62,986 nt of DNA, filler included, from Choristocarpus tenellus KU-1152 (GCA_964200185.2; 11 parts of 11 records of this genome joined end to end with filler, not necessarily neighbours in it), one strand, 5' to 3'; positions 39,015 through 53,676 are shown, counted from the whole stretch's first letter. Program-made: numbers and translations. Notes: generated from the sequence alone by a model not told the origin.

Positions 39015-41846
39015 TCCAATAACAAGAAATCCCAACCAATTCCTCTATTATGTTTGTTCTAAAATACTAGGAATACTAATACTTCAATATATACACACAA
39101 TTTGAACCGAATCAAAGTAAACGAGAAGTACCCAAAGTTACATTTTAAGGATGCCGACAAATATGTGCAGGATTCGACTTTTTGCATGTATACAGGATAC
39201 TTTCTGAAGTGTGTCTCTGAAACGTTTCGAACAAAAGAGAAGTATATGCTCTCAAGTCAAACTTAGGACTTCATCCTTAGAAGTGTCGGCGACTGCAAAA
39301 GATTGAAAACTAGATTGAAAAAGCAATACGGTCAGAACCTAGGTAACCGAGAGGTTACCTTGTCTGACTATATTGATGATACGTGAACTATGGTACCTAC
39401 CCACCATTGCAGGCACCTTCCAACAGCAATGGACAGCCATTACTCCTGCTACTACTCCTGAAGCTTAGTGATACCGCTCGAAAGCTCAACCACCACGAAA
39501 GGAGAGGTTTATTTTACCCTTCTAATGGTCGCAACATCAACACACCTACTATACGGTACTACTTACTATCTTCATTATTCCATCGTGGAAAGTTTGGGCT
39601 GTGTTAGTTGAGCCGAAGCATCCTAGAGTGGGGAGGAGGAGTTGAACCATTTTGCTTGTAAGGGGGCTTATAAAATTATTTGCCTGATGCCCCATTTCCA
39701 TGGTCTAAATACATGTAAGACCCCCTCGAACAGTCTGCAGATGTTGAAGGTGATCTGAAGTTAGGTTTCTCCTTATACACCATCTCACACTTGTGTAACA
39801 TCAAATTCAGAAGGTAGTCAAAGAGGCCCCTTTTGATATACGGCACACTCCCGTACTACACTTTACCTCAACAATATAACACACGGGTACAAAACAATTT
39901 CTGGATGGGGTAGCGACCCATCATGTACAGTAGTAGCTGGCATAAGGCTTAACAGGGACATGGTGGTAAAGGCACATCTACCGATAGAATGTGTTAGCAA
40001 CACACAACTAACAGATATATTTGGGCATATTCATGCCTTTCGGAGCTGAAGGCACCAGTCTGGTGGGCCAAGGCTGGGTCTGACAGACAACCCACGATAT
40101 TTCAAGGCTGCCGTTATACCACAAAAAAAAACGAACAATCGTTGTTGGACCACCTGATTATTTTCTTGTTGTCACCAAGCTATTCAACAGAGTCAGCACT
40201 AGTTTAGTGATAGTACCATACACTAGACTGTGTAAAAGAACTGTGGAGTGCTCCTTTAGCTCTTGCCTGTATTTTTTATTACCTGGAAGCATCTACCTGC
40301 ATGATATCAGCGGGCATATGATGAAGACATACCCTCCAGAAATAGACAGTAGGAAGGTGTTGCTGTTGGTTAATGCCAAGCTGTGGGTACTTCTATTGTC
40401 AGACTTCTGAACAACACTATAGACATTTCTGACAAATTTAAGTTTCAGCAGCATTGGTGCTATATGGAAAATCGTCCTTGCACTACTGTATCAACACAGA
40501 GGGTGGGCCGGAGATCCCCTCATTATCACTCAGCACACAAATAAATCCGTACGCGATATACGTATCATCAGCAAATACTACCACTTCCAAGTACAACGTG
40601 TTGGATCTAGCCCATTCTTTGCTGCACTTTGGTTTTCGAATCATCCCTGCATCTGAGCCTTAATTCTAGGTTGGCTGTACCAAACTCAAGGCCATATTAG
40701 CTAGGGTTAGGGCATACTCGGTACATGAGGTCCTTCAAGACTCACTCACAGACAGAAAACAGAGCAGATGGAAAGTTGTAAGACACCAACATCTGCAAAT
40801 GACAAATCCTTCCTACTCTCAACAGTCATCAGATACAGACAGTGCAAGAGTGCTAGTTTTCCTGGACAAAAAATACTCTCCCTTCTTCAAAACATCGAAG
40901 AAGATTAGCTTAGGGTTAGGGTTAACTCCACCCCAGTGCACTCACGGATGGTTGAACAAGAATCAATTGCACACACTGCTGAACTCAAGGAGAAAGCACC
41001 ACCTTTGTTCTTGGTACTCACAACGCCTCCCCTGACCCTGACTATACCAACACATGCTCCCAGTGTACATGTATACTGAAAATGTGAATGCTTTAAAGGA
41101 AGATTGGAATAAAGCATCTTGTAGAAAACCTCAAAAGGGAGATAACGTCAGTAAGTTGTGCGATATTTTCCTGAAGCTCACCCCCACACGATCTAGACAG
41201 TTCAATTCAGTACCACAAGAGATTAATAGTGTCAAGAGCGTCGTTCCAGGAAAGTACCACATGGAACACTTCAAGAGACATTCCTTGTGTGTGCATGTGT
41301 GACTGGTGTATTTATGTGTTTTTTATGTGTTTTTCTTGTACAGAAATATATACCCAGCAGACTACATCATGATTGCCATGAACAATCCAGGACAGTGGGA
41401 GGGGGGGGGGGGGGGGGGGGGGGGGAGTGAGGGGAAAGGGGAAAAACAGAAGCGCCGCGCCCTCAAACGCATGAAAGGCCGGTCGGGGTTTTTGGCACAA
41501 AAAAANNNNNNNNNNNNNNNNNNNNNNNNNNNNNNNNNNNNNNNNNNNNTTAATTAATTAANNNNNNNNNNNNNNNNNNNNNNNNNNNNNNNNNNNNNNN
41601 NNNNNCCCAAGATAATTTGATCCCAAAGCATGGGTATGAGAGTTTATGTCAATGAAATGTGCCATGCAAAACCTTGTGTTTGATATATTGGAGATATATT
41701 GGATGTATTGGAAATTACCTATACCCCACTCCTGATACATGGAATGATAATTAATTTTGTTGTTGCACAATTCATGGCATGTACTACGAGGAAATGATTA
41801 TTCTAGAAAGCTCAATCTCCTCATTTACTGCTTGTCCTTGTGGCAG

Positions 41847-44800
41847 GTGCACTCCATTGTCCTGACCTCTGGTGAGTTAAAGTCAACCTTGATGTTCAGG
41901 GATAGTTTCTATTACTACTATAATTCTGACAGAGGTTTTGAACTATACGTACAGAATTGGCAGAAATGTTTTCGGTAGGGTGAGATTGTTCTTGTCATCT
42001 TGGATATCTTGAATCCAATTGAGTTGATGGACTTACAATTCTACCTCAAGGTGATGCTCCCTTTACAACCAAGGAGTCACAATGGAGAGCAAATGGTCCA
42101 GAAGCATAGTGTTAATTTTAGGGTGTCTGGTGCGTCAAGGACAAGAAAAAAACTGACAAACAAGAGCATAACCTCCTGCCCCATTCAGGGACTTTGAGTC
42201 CACTTGACTCCTTTGCAGGGGAGCTTGGTGTGGACTTTGACATTTGTCTAGAAGCCACACATGTCATCAATGTGACCAAGCAATGTTTTGTAGGAACTGT
42301 GAGTCAGGCTTTGCGGGTGAGTCTTGATGCCAGGTGAGCAATCCTGGTTGCACACAGATGACCCTCACCAGGTGCAGTTGGCATTTGACCCGCCCCCCTC
42401 AATTTTTGTTGTTGATATAATGGGCCTTATCTTTATGTATGAACTACTATGTAGTGGTTCTTGACAGGGCCTCCATTGTGGTAGAACACATGTTTTTGCA
42501 GCATTGTGTAGGCATGATAGGACTGCAGAAGGCTGCTGTGATCAATTGAAGAATAGCCATTAACACGCAACTATCATGCACTAACTTGAGTACAACAATT
42601 GTGTGAGCTCTGGCTGAGACATTTCACAATCCCACTTGGGTGCATATACTCTAGGAGTAGATCGTCGATGAATCAAGAGCTTAGAATTGCTGTAATTGTT
42701 CAATTTGAGAAGTTTGCAGGTTGGACAGTGTTGGGATAGTTGCACTAAGGAGTCCCGGGGATTCTGATCTTGTTGCTATCAGAGTTCAAGGTATTCCAAT
42801 ATCTCTTCCTTGTAATGGTGACAACACAACAAGTCAATAACCTTTTTAGCCCTCACACAATATACCACAGCAGGTAAGGTTGTAAATATTCAAATGTTAA
42901 AATGTTCACATGATAGATTCATGACTTGTCGGTACTTAGGGTTAGGGCCATACTCTGATGGATATTCAGTTATTCAACCTACTGCTACTGTTGGGACAAA
43001 TTTCATCAGCCCTCAGTAATATTGGTGACCATAGAGGGCCTTGGTGTCTAAGATCCTATCCCCTTCTGATCAACCCACTCACTAAAATCAACATAACCTG
43101 CAACAGGTTCGCAAACCAGGACTCTCTCATCTACCAAGATGCCCTTGGTGGTGCCCTTGTCCAGTACAGTAGAGTAGTACCAGGAGGTATTCTGGTGTTC
43201 TTTCCGAGCTATAGCCTGCTGGATAAGATGAAGGGGAGATGGGAGGTGCGCTGAGTGCCTTTTTCCTTGATACACTGGACTACTTCTAACAAACAATATG
43301 CAGGGAGACAAAGACCTTTCCTGTACCTAGTCTCTTAAGACCCAATCACCATGATGTAACTGCCTGCTTGATGCTGCAACATTGTACTAGTCAGACAGTA
43401 CTACTTTCTCACAGTCTATTGGTCTGTTAACAGTGTGGTCGTTAGCTCTTCTCATTCCTAAACAATTCCCATGGAGCTATCTATAACTGAGCCGTACCAT
43501 ATTCCGTTGTATTCCTGAATTTTTCGTGGCCCTCTTAGATTATGTTGTCCACCCTTGCTTTGCAGTCCACAGGTCTACTTGATACCCTCTCAGAGGTCAA
43601 GGGAGTTCACTTCGAGCCCAGAGGGTCAGGGGAAATTGAAGGCGTTCTTGCTGCATATCATGTGAGTATCCTTACTGAGTTGATGGAAATGTTTAACATG
43701 CGTAGCATAGTTATCTCTTGGCATGTTTGTTCATTGTTGTTGTTGTTTCTATTAGTCTGTTGTAACGATCAATTAGAAGATAAATTAGAAGATAGCTTAG
43801 AAGAGTCTTGGCTTCTGTGTAGTAAAGTTGTTACCTCATATGCTTCCTGCAGAGATTTGAGTTAGTTGACAGTGTTTTGGTTGAGATTACCTACTCATAT
43901 TTTAGTTTGTGTGCAATGCTCTAAAGAGCTTCTTGCTGTATGTTAGACTAGAATATCCTTCACTGGCTTCCCGTAGATAGTTACAATATACTGGCAGTGT
44001 GCGGCTTGCTTAACTGTATAGGGTGCAAATTAAGTTTTGAGCTAGTCAAAATATATCGTAGTCATTAACTAGTATTGATATCACTATTGATATTGTACTT
44101 CAGTATTGGAGTGGGAAGTAGGAAGTAGAAGAGAGGGGGTAGGTACGCCATGTATATCAACATGGAAAGAACGATTCTAGTGATATCATGTTGATACTGG
44201 GCTTTGGGCAATGCAAGCACCTCCACATTTTCCCTAATTGTGTCCTAGAAGCTTCACTTTTAGTGGATTGGTAGGGATGCCTGCCCTTGTCATACACATG
44301 CTGTTGCTACCTCAAGTCTATGACACAGGTATGCTAAAGAAGGTCCATTGCCTTTAGCAACAGACTCAATTGTTGCTGGCATGTGTGATTGTTGTTTGTG
44401 AAGGCTGACATAAGGGCAGCAAGAAGCACTTGTGTGGAGGTACCAGACCATCAGCAGAGATCACACCGTCTTCAAGGGCACACAGGTGCTCTCATGATGG
44501 CAGTGGCAAGGGGAAAGGTGTGTAATCCATGTCAGCTAGTCAATTACATATGAAACAGGACCACTGAACCGGACCTGGTGCTGAGACAGCGATATCAAAT
44601 TGTTGTACCTCCCCTTTTGAAGCATCAAGTTTGCGGTGTATATTGTAAGACCAACTAAAATTCTAACCAAAGTTCTGAACGGCACTTAACATACTGGGAG
44701 ATGTTATTGTAGTGTGCTACAATATTTACTACACAGGTTGCAGAGTGGTGGTAGCACTTGAAACATCTTAGTACATGAGCATCTAACAAAATCTCTGTGC

Positions 44801-47427
44801 ATAAGCATCAAAAACATACAGAATATTTGCACACCCATGTAGATCTGTTATATGATGTCAGTCCATGTCACTCCCTGCAGTTTTCCATTTGTTACCAGGT
44901 GTCTGAGGGGATTGACTTCAGCGATGACGCAGCCCGCATGTGTGTTATTGTTGGCATTGCATACCCAAATGTAAAGGACCTACAGGTAGGGTAGGTATAC
45001 TATTCTTCATTCATGATTCGTTGTTAATATTGAATTTGAGTTGACCTCTAGTGTGTAGGGTAGGAATGGGGCACGTGAGAAATATGTAGATACCTAGTAG
45101 TATTGTGTGATGATTGAGGAAAAGAAAGGACTATTTAGAAGAATGAAAATGGCATTTTTTTTTTTATATGAATGAGAAATGTCTCTTAGGTGTATCCACA
45201 GTTTTTCCTCGTGCCCTCACTTTGGTTTGTTTTCACAATACAGGCTATTAGCAACACTGTACCAAAATACAACAAGGGGCTCAACTTTCTGGCTGGAACA
45301 TAGATCGTGTAGATTGAGACCTGGACCTAGTTGGACTGACTATTGGGGATACGATATGACTTTTTCTTTGTAATGTCCAGTATCTTTTACCGGTATGCAC
45401 TGAGAGTTCATGGCCAGTTTCATAGAGCCTTCCTCTATGGTGTAGTTTATTATTGTATCATTCCTTACCAAGGATGGTCAATGGCCAACAGTTTTGATGG
45501 TTGTGTGCAGGGAAATATCTCACAAAGTATAGAGGAATAAGAGGAATAAAATGTGAAACACAGATCATGTTCATGGCATCAACAAGAGGATTCCAACTCT
45601 GGCCTTTTAACATTGATAGTTGTTGACCAGATTAAAAGCTATCAAGCGTTGAGTTGTTCGAAATTTTTTTCAGGTCAGTTTTTTTTCAACTGTTTTGTGA
45701 GCATGTTATTGCTGCTGATGTATCAACTATATGTTTGCTATGGCAAGAAAGGTTCAACTTAAGCGATCGTATCAAGATGCCAGGGCAAAGAAGGATGTGC
45801 GGCTAGTTGGAGGAGACAAGTGGTTTTCGTTGCAGGCATATCGGGCACTGAACCAGGCTGTTGGCAGGTAAGACTTTCAATTTAGACATATTTTTTGTCG
45901 TTTGATTTGTAGCAGTGTTCAATGTGCACGCAGTGTTTGATGACCGTCATTTTATCATTATTTATGCTCTTTTTTGGTGGTTTCAATTGCCTGCCGTGGG
46001 TCAATTTACAGTGTCTTCCCATAGAGTGTATCATTCTACAGTATGGTGCCTGTGTGTGACAGTCGAATGTCATGACATAATAAGTGTATTTCTCTCTTTT
46101 AATTTTTTTCCTTTGCAAAGATCATAATTGACATCGACACTCAATCTACTCCATTGCAAGTGTGTCATAAGCATGTCGTAAGCATGTCAGAGTACACACA
46201 AGTACATTGGTCAGTGAACGCCTGGAGGGTTCGAGTCCGTTTTTCATGTCATTTACACTAGGGGAGAATTGGGAAACCTTGTTGACAGTACCATCACCTT
46301 CCTTGCTGCACCCCTGCAACCAGAACTGATACAGTGGTAGGAGTAAGTCATTTCCTACTACTAATGAGCACAAACCACATCAGGTATGAACATGTTTTTT
46401 ATCGCTGTCACATACTAATCCCAAACTACTACATGATTTATCACACAGGTGTATTCGTCATCGCACTGACTATGGTGCAATAATCCTCTGTGACCCACGC
46501 TTTGCCAGTAAGAGGGAAACAACCAGCAACCTTAGCCGCTGGGTAAGGTCGATTGTGAGGCATTGTGGCACCGCTGAGGCTTCAGTCCCCCTCCTAGCAT
46601 CATTTTTCAGTCAACACTCCAGTCAACAACCTCAATTGCATTCAACACTGCCAGAAGCAGTGGTGACACCACCCACCCCAATGCATCAACTTACCATTGA
46701 CTCAAAGATCGAGAATGTCAATGGTGGCAACATTGGAGAGACCAGCCCCATCAATCGCCCCCAAACATTGCACTCTCTCCAGGACTTGGTGCGAAACCCT
46801 GTTTCACAGGTAGATTCACAGGTGGGTCAAATTGTAGAAGATAGTATGATGCCTGATGCTGCCATCAACTCTTCTCATCAGGCAGGACTGTTTTTTAATG
46901 GGGAAGGGGGAGACAGTGCATGCATCCTCATAAACTCTACAGGTTTGGAATTGGAGAAGATGACTCAGGACAGAATGGTCTGCAAGCGCCAACTGCAAGG
47001 ATTTCAGTTTCCCACTACCTTGACATCTATCCTTAACCACAACTTTGGAGATACACAAGGGATGGAGAAGTTCTTGGATAACATGGATTTCATTGCAATA
47101 CCACAAGACCTAGAAAAGGGCATTGATGTTTTTGAGCTGCCACAGGGCTGCAAGCTGGGTAGAAAGGTGATCATTGGTAAAGGGAGGTGGGTGCCCCAAG
47201 ATGGGCTGGTGTATGCCCCTTTGGTGTGTTGGATACATTGCTCAGTCAGGATCTTTGGGATGACAGTTCTTGCTGCAGGACCAGGGTCCAGCAGTCTTGT
47301 AGGAAGAAACTGGTTCTTGCAGCAGAATGGCATGGCCTTAAAGGGGATTTCTGGAGAAGATTTTCCAAGAATGCCCAAGCTATTGTGCCATCTGGGGAGC
47401 ATTAGTTGCTTTGATCAAGTTTTATGA
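41847..47427 (+). CDS. BRIP1: FANCJ/BRIP1-like (XPD/DinG-family SF2) DNA helicase, 3' half. Exons 41847-41871, 42189-42333, 43107-43245, 43566-43661, 44404-44517, 44899-44985, 45752-45867, 46449-47427.
   Basis: Phase-consistent GT-AG exons give HSIVLTSGTLSPLDSFAGELG...[49 protein letters not shown] and [36 protein letters not shown] favours FANCJ over RTEL1, but orthology needs a tree. Confidence 0.9.
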
Positions 47428-50345
47428 AATACTAATTAACATTCTGTAGTGGAAATCCAAGAACTAGTATAGTAATAGGTTGCAGTTGCTTTGAGAGTGC
47501 ATACTACACTTGATTCTGCTTGCGACATTGGTGGAGTCAAACTCAGTGTTCATTATCAAGTGCATTACTCACCATACTCTTTTTTGGTGGCTGTAAGTAT
47601 CAAGTATGACATTGACCTGGTTCAAGAGAGTGAAAACACACTTGATTAGGTCTGTGTAACTTTAGATACTGATTCACGCACACAATGCAATGTCATTCTT
47701 TTGTTACAACAGTCAACAGGATATTATCTCTAACAACTCAGATTTGACTACCTCCTCAACTGAAACCCTTTGAGAGGGTCGTCCTTTTTGTGTTTTAAGA
47801 CCTTTTTGAACCCTTGTGCAATATACACCTTGCCCCTGCCTAAAATGCAATCGACCTCCTTAAGAGGGTGTTGCTGTAGAAGGCTCACTCCAAACAGTCA
47901 TTAGCTGGAAGTGCCCTCCACAGTTATCAAAAGGCAGTCACAGGGGACCTCAAACTCAATATCGCCCCCCTTCATTGTTGGTCTCACTCATTGTGAACTA
48001 CTGCAATGTGTGCATGTTGGGACGTCACCTCTTGTTGACCTCAAGTTAGGAGAATACAATTGAGAGGGGGGTGCTGCTATAATTTAGGTTACTCTGACTT
48101 TGAAGTGTATTCACTTTTTGGGAGCAAGTTGTATGTATCCTTGTCGATACCCTCTTTTGATCATTAAACAAAGTTGGACCCATCAAAACTTCAAACCACT
48201 AAATCACACACAATCCTCTGATTACTTCGACTCTGGTCATCGTTGTGTTCATCTTTGTGAAGGGTGTATTCTTATCCCATCCTGCTCAACACCTTTAGTC
48301 CTAAATTATTATAGTTAAGAGTAACTCTGCTGCCCATCTCTAAAAACTTTGTCATCGGGGGACTTCCAAAAAAACAGAGTATAGAGAAGAGTAACAAGAG
48401 GAATGGGGTAACATTTGACCAGCACTTTGAAATGTACTGATGCTAGCTATAAGGGCATTGTGCCTCAGACCCCAGGAGCATGGCTAGAATGGCGACAGTG
48501 AGTGTGAAGTACAAAAGTCATTGGACTGACTGTGTCGAAGTTGAAGGTTAAGATCATGTACCTTTGACCTCCCTAGAAGACTACAGATACCACACAGATC
48601 TGGGCATTGGGCCAGCAACAGCAATACTTGCAGACTAATAAGTCGATTGACCATGAACTCAACATCATGCATGAAATATGTGTGACCGGTGAGATCAACT
48701 CACAGGTTCAAAAATCCTGCGTTTCTCCCCAATTCAACGTAAGACATGGCAATATTGATGACATAAATAATGTTCTATCTCACCCACTCACTGTCCCTTA
48801 GCTTTTCTCTCTGTTGCCCTTCAGGGCCCTTCCACTAATGTGAAGAAAATGACTTCTAGAGGGGTGGACATTGCGTAATTAGAGTCCTTTTGACTACCTT
48901 TGGGTTATATGTGCTCCTAGCACTCGCTCCAAGAGGAAATTCCGTGCTTGTGTAGACTAATGCCTTGTCCTCTATTCTAAAGTCAAACGGTCTGAAGAGG
49001 GGTTAGCTGTAATCCAGGTACGGAAATGGGGTGTCGACCAGAAGGTTTAGTTTCAGAGGTCATAAATAATAGAATCACCTCAACAACACAAAGAATTACG
49101 CCAGAATATATGGAACAAGAGCGAATGCCCTTAGAATGAACAGACAAGTTGCAACATGGCAAGCAAATGTGTGGTATGGGGAAGAGTGCCAATGACAGTG
49201 AGCTAAAACTAGTTCAAGCCTGCCCAATCCATGGGTACCTGGGTTTTGTTCTAAGCAGCATGTACTTCATTCCTCAGAAACCTTTTCACATGATTCTACA
49301 AACGAGAACATGCGATGACGAAAACCAGTACAGGCAAACACACGAACAGACAGGATCATCAGTCTGTTCTACAAAGTGGCACATTTGTGAACGTCACATG
49401 AAATATTTCCTCTATGCTCTTATTATAATTCACATACACATCGAACGCAGTTTGAGGGCAAGCATCCTGTAGTTAATTATGTAAAACTGTATAATAGATA
49501 AGAACCTACTAGGGTTTCTAGAGTGTTTTGTAACAATAAATATCTTGCTGTATGAAGAAGATAACTTACGTACCTACTTGCACGGAGTGGATTGTCACAT
49601 GTCAAAAGTTACATTTTATCGGGTCAGTCATGAGTTAAATGTTTCTGACAGGAATGGTCCATAGTGATCTGCTTTGACTTGAATATGCTGTGTGGGCTGG
49701 ATCGGATTCAGTAAAATGTATGTAGGATATCCTAAAAGGGCCAGTCCACAAGGCTAACCCAGCCCTGTGAATTAAAAACTCAGCCTGATTTTTCAATGAT
49801 TCCCGAAAAGGTATCTTCACAAAATACAAGTTCATTCCACAGTGTAGCATTAGTTACTAGTAGTCGTCCCTTTCATCCCCCAAACTCCAACCAGGGCAAC
49901 TTCCCACACTGATGAAAAGCCTACATTTTCCGTTTCTTTGCCCAACGCAAAAGATATCCCTACTTAACACCATCTCTCAAAACAGATTTTTTACCATGCA
50001 AAGGCACTTTATTTTAGTTCCAAAGCAGAAAAAGAGGGAAAAGAATACTTCAGATCTGAGACACTGATCAATAGGGAATCATAAATATTCCACCACAAGA
50101 AAGAGAAAAATATATCACACACACAGAGCGTAAGGTTTCTAATTGTTTCACTGTTTTTCAATAAAACAGTGTGAGTGCTCTAATCCTTACACACTCCAAA
50201 ATGTACCATACACACACATCATTCATCTCTACTACTAAAACCCTTAGATTACACTATGTATTTTCCATGTAGTACTCGAAAGTATTATCACTACTTGCAA
50301 TGACAAAATTTGCAGCTTTTGGAACCCTTTTCTGGAGCTTGACAA

Positions 50346-50531
50346 GATTCAAAGTATCTGGGGGTTGAGGGGGGAACTACATCATGGTGTCCATTGCGCC
50401 CTGACCACAAAAATTGCACTTAGATTCTCCATCCAATGCATGCAACTAAATTCACCCGAAAATTGCAACATGGAAAAGTAGGCACCAAACAGACAATCGT
50501 CATGTCAATCCCCCATCAGATACTAAGAGCC
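50346..50531 (-). mobile_element. MITE family A, complete but old copy (186 bp)
   Basis: GATTCAAAGTATCTGGGG ... CCCCATCAGATACTAAGAGCC; flanks ACAA / ACAC. Confidence 0.75.
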
Positions 50532-51605
50532 ACACACTTGGCATCCTATTGTTCACACACAGGGATATTACGACAATAATTGCACTGGCCGCCAACAACT
50601 ACGCCCATATCAAAGTTAGTTTGAGGCAAACTAAGGATGGACACTGTAATAGTGAAAAACAAGGAAAATCGACCAGTATCTCCACAAAGAAACGTCAGCC
50701 AGCCGGTGATTAGTCGTGACATAATGAAAGCAACACAAAGGACAAAAAATAATATTTCTTCTTTAGAGAAGAACAGAGGAGTCGGACTAAAATAAACTAG
50801 GTAATCCAGAAAATGAGAGTACCAATCTGACCTTCGGGACATTGCAAAACCTCATTCCAACTGACCTTCTCTAGCAGAATGGGATGAGTAAATGCTAAGA
50901 GGTAGGACCTGTCGAGTTTGAAGGCCTGATGATCTCTATCAAGGTTGGCAGAACCATTTCCCATGTCTTCTTGTCTTGATTTCCCATGGCAACCGCTTGC
51001 CATTGTATGTATGCTAAGTCAATATATCAGACTACATTATAGAATATGAAAATTTTCTTAAATGTTGTAGGTAGTCCTGAACAGTATTCAACTACAAATA
51101 CGCAGCATTTGTAATTCTACCTCTTTTCACCATAACCACCTACACTGCTCACATATGACATACCGGAGAACTTAATTGTTGTGTGATACACATGAGAAGA
51201 GGTCAGAGTTCAACAATTGTGTATAAAAATGAGGTAGTTGGCTGGTTCCTTTAAAACCTGCCAACAATCCTTGAGCAAACCTAATCCTGTCTAGATTTTA
51301 TCACCGTATTTCCCACACTCCCACACAAATTCAAAATCAAAAACTAAAAGCTCTTTGTGCTCCTTCTTACCTCACTCTTCCTTTCAAAATGGGTTGGTAC
51401 AGTGAAGCCAACAGAACAAGGATAGGAAAATGTAATTGTCTCATACAATAGAATATCTCCAACCTCATTGATGTCAAGTAACTTTAGACTATGTCACTCT
51501 CCCTACCAGAATGGTAGAGTAGAGGCCACGAAGATAATTCAGACACATCAAGTGTTTTGCACAGGCAGCTGATCAAAACCACAAACCTGTTCTTGAGACT
51601 TTTAC

Positions 51606-53676
51606 CTTCGAGTTTGGTAGAATTGATTCCAGAAAACATTTTTACAGTGAAGTACTGTCTTTCCTCTCAGTGTGCTGTGGAGCCTTTTCTTGTATGTGTC
51701 TCATTTTCATGAGTATCAACTGTCTAAATTACAACTAGACTTCATATCAATTCAATTTACCAATATATCTTACGAAGTCAAGGCAGAAATACATATCTAA
51801 ACAGCATAATCAGGAGAATCCTCTCAGAGAATGCACTACAATCTCTTAGTTCAATATGCCTACTAAATCTCTCAACTCTTTGCTTCATTCTTTACCACTA
51901 CAATTGAACGACAAAAAGATCTTCCATTTATCCTGCCAAAAGTGTACATCAAAATCTTAGCATACCGACTGATTCATTGTAGAGAATGGTCAGAAGAAAC
52001 ACTCACATCTAATCTTATTAGTTTATGATCACATTCAAAATTATTATGGACTTACAAATTCCAGCCACAAGATTACTTGTCCACATTCACTGGTCCCCCT
52101 AGGATCAAGACCACTCCAATGTGAGCAATACCTGTAACGCCTTACCAGACCCATTGAAATTTTTAAAAGTGCATTGAATATTTAAGGAAAGGAAGATCTG
52201 TCCTTTTTGAAAGTAGCCAGTTTATCATGTGTATGCAACTGTACACGATGTTCATGGAACAATAACCGCCATTGCGATGTCTTCCTGTTATTAGATATTC
52301 AGCTGAAAAAAACACTGCCGTTTCATAAAACCAGTGAACACAATGCAGGAAATGCAATGGCAACCACGTAATATTATGGTCAACGTCACAGCCAGCTGTC
52401 AATAATTCCATGTGACACTACCAAGGATTTGCGCACAATCACCATCTTCCATATGATAATTGCGACCAACCCCCTGCCCACATATTTTCCAGTTTCATAC
52501 ATCTGTAAGGAGCTGGTTCTACACCAAATAAAAATTAAAAAAATTATGGTTTCGGGACATCAATGTGGACTACCTTGTATGTATGGCAAGACTTGAATAC
52601 TCTAAGACGAATGTCAAAATATCATCAACAGCAAAATGGAGCTCAAGTTCAGCAGACATTTACCTGTCCAGTGTAACCTACTTCATTGAACTTTCTGATG
52701 ATCAGTGAACCGTAGTTCAGGGTTTACATGCTAAAGATTACATATATATTGAGCACGGCTTACTTTAGTTGACTAACAAATATGTGACTGGTAAGTGGTA
52801 ATCACCAGTCCTTCCAAAGTTACCTTGGTGATGATATTATCTATTTCAACAGTGGATGTACGAAATAGTTTTCTTTATTCCAACAGCCAAGGTTAAATTT
52901 ATTTAAGATGATTTAGTATTGCAGGTCAACAAGTAGGCTTTCAAGCATCTAACTCAGGTGTATAGCATCGAATTGTCAAATCTGATACTGAGACAATTTT
53001 CCAATTAGTGTCAGACAAGGCATGCCATCCGTACCTGGCAGTAGGACAGCCAAGCCAAATGATCTCCTGAATGAAGTTTGAATGATGACGTTGGGACAAG
53101 TACCTTTACATCTTTAACCATCCAGGCAGATGGATCCTCCTTTACCAGCACAGCGGTCACGAGACCAATGAAATGGCCTGTACCTTGAATCACACAATTT
53201 AAAAAGGGAAAAGCCCTTCAATCTGTGCAACACTGACAGGATGAGGGAGCACTATATCCACCACATACCTACTTCACTGACAAAGACATAAATTGAATGT
53301 TTCTTCGATTGCAAAACCACTTAATCCCAGCAAGAGTGAAAGTCTGAGGAATCACAACAAGACTACTAAGATTGCCTACACAAATATTAAGATTTGAGGA
53401 CACCCTACTATCTGCTTTCATTAACAAGACATGGCACAGGGTGCGGGGGTCCACAAAAATAATACTTTCGAGTGATGAAGAAAGTTTTGAGATATTGATA
53501 CAAGCAACACACAGTTAGCAGTCACTTGACAGGACTACAAACATTTCAGATTGCCTCTACCCTGGAGGAGACCTCACAATTGCTTGAAATTTTACCCGTG
53601 TGTCCCTCAAGGTTCATCCTCATCAATGCGCCTTTCCTGACATGTGGTGTACGAAAAACCCCTGCACCCTGAGACC
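51606..53676 (-). CDS. Unknown protein encoded by micro-exons (53676-53596, 53177-53104, 52601-52574, 52473-52443, 52131-52056, 51932-51896, 51654-51606); probably extends both ways
   Basis: Seven consecutive GT-AG exons splice with compatible phases into a stop-free frame: ...MRMNLEGHTGHFIGLVTAVLVKEDPSAWMVKDVKSIQVLPYIQGGWSQLSYGRWYCSHWSGLDPRGTSECGQVILWLEFDKWKIFLSFNCSVLHCKNVFWNQFYQTR. Confidence 0.55.

Noticed and set aside
39383-41300. Possible minus-strand micro-exon gene in this contig
   Set aside because: Candidate exons could not be chained with consistent phases or assigned to a family
41312-41500. GNHD metallophosphoesterase-like motif (IVHGNHD) on the minus strand
   Set aside because: Isolated motif next to a poly-C tract; no other family motifs or consistent exon chain found
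29483-47427. XKR + transposases + helicase as a linked defence or cell-death system
   Set aside because: The genes lie on different artificially joined contigs, and eukaryotic adjacency alone is not evidence of a system
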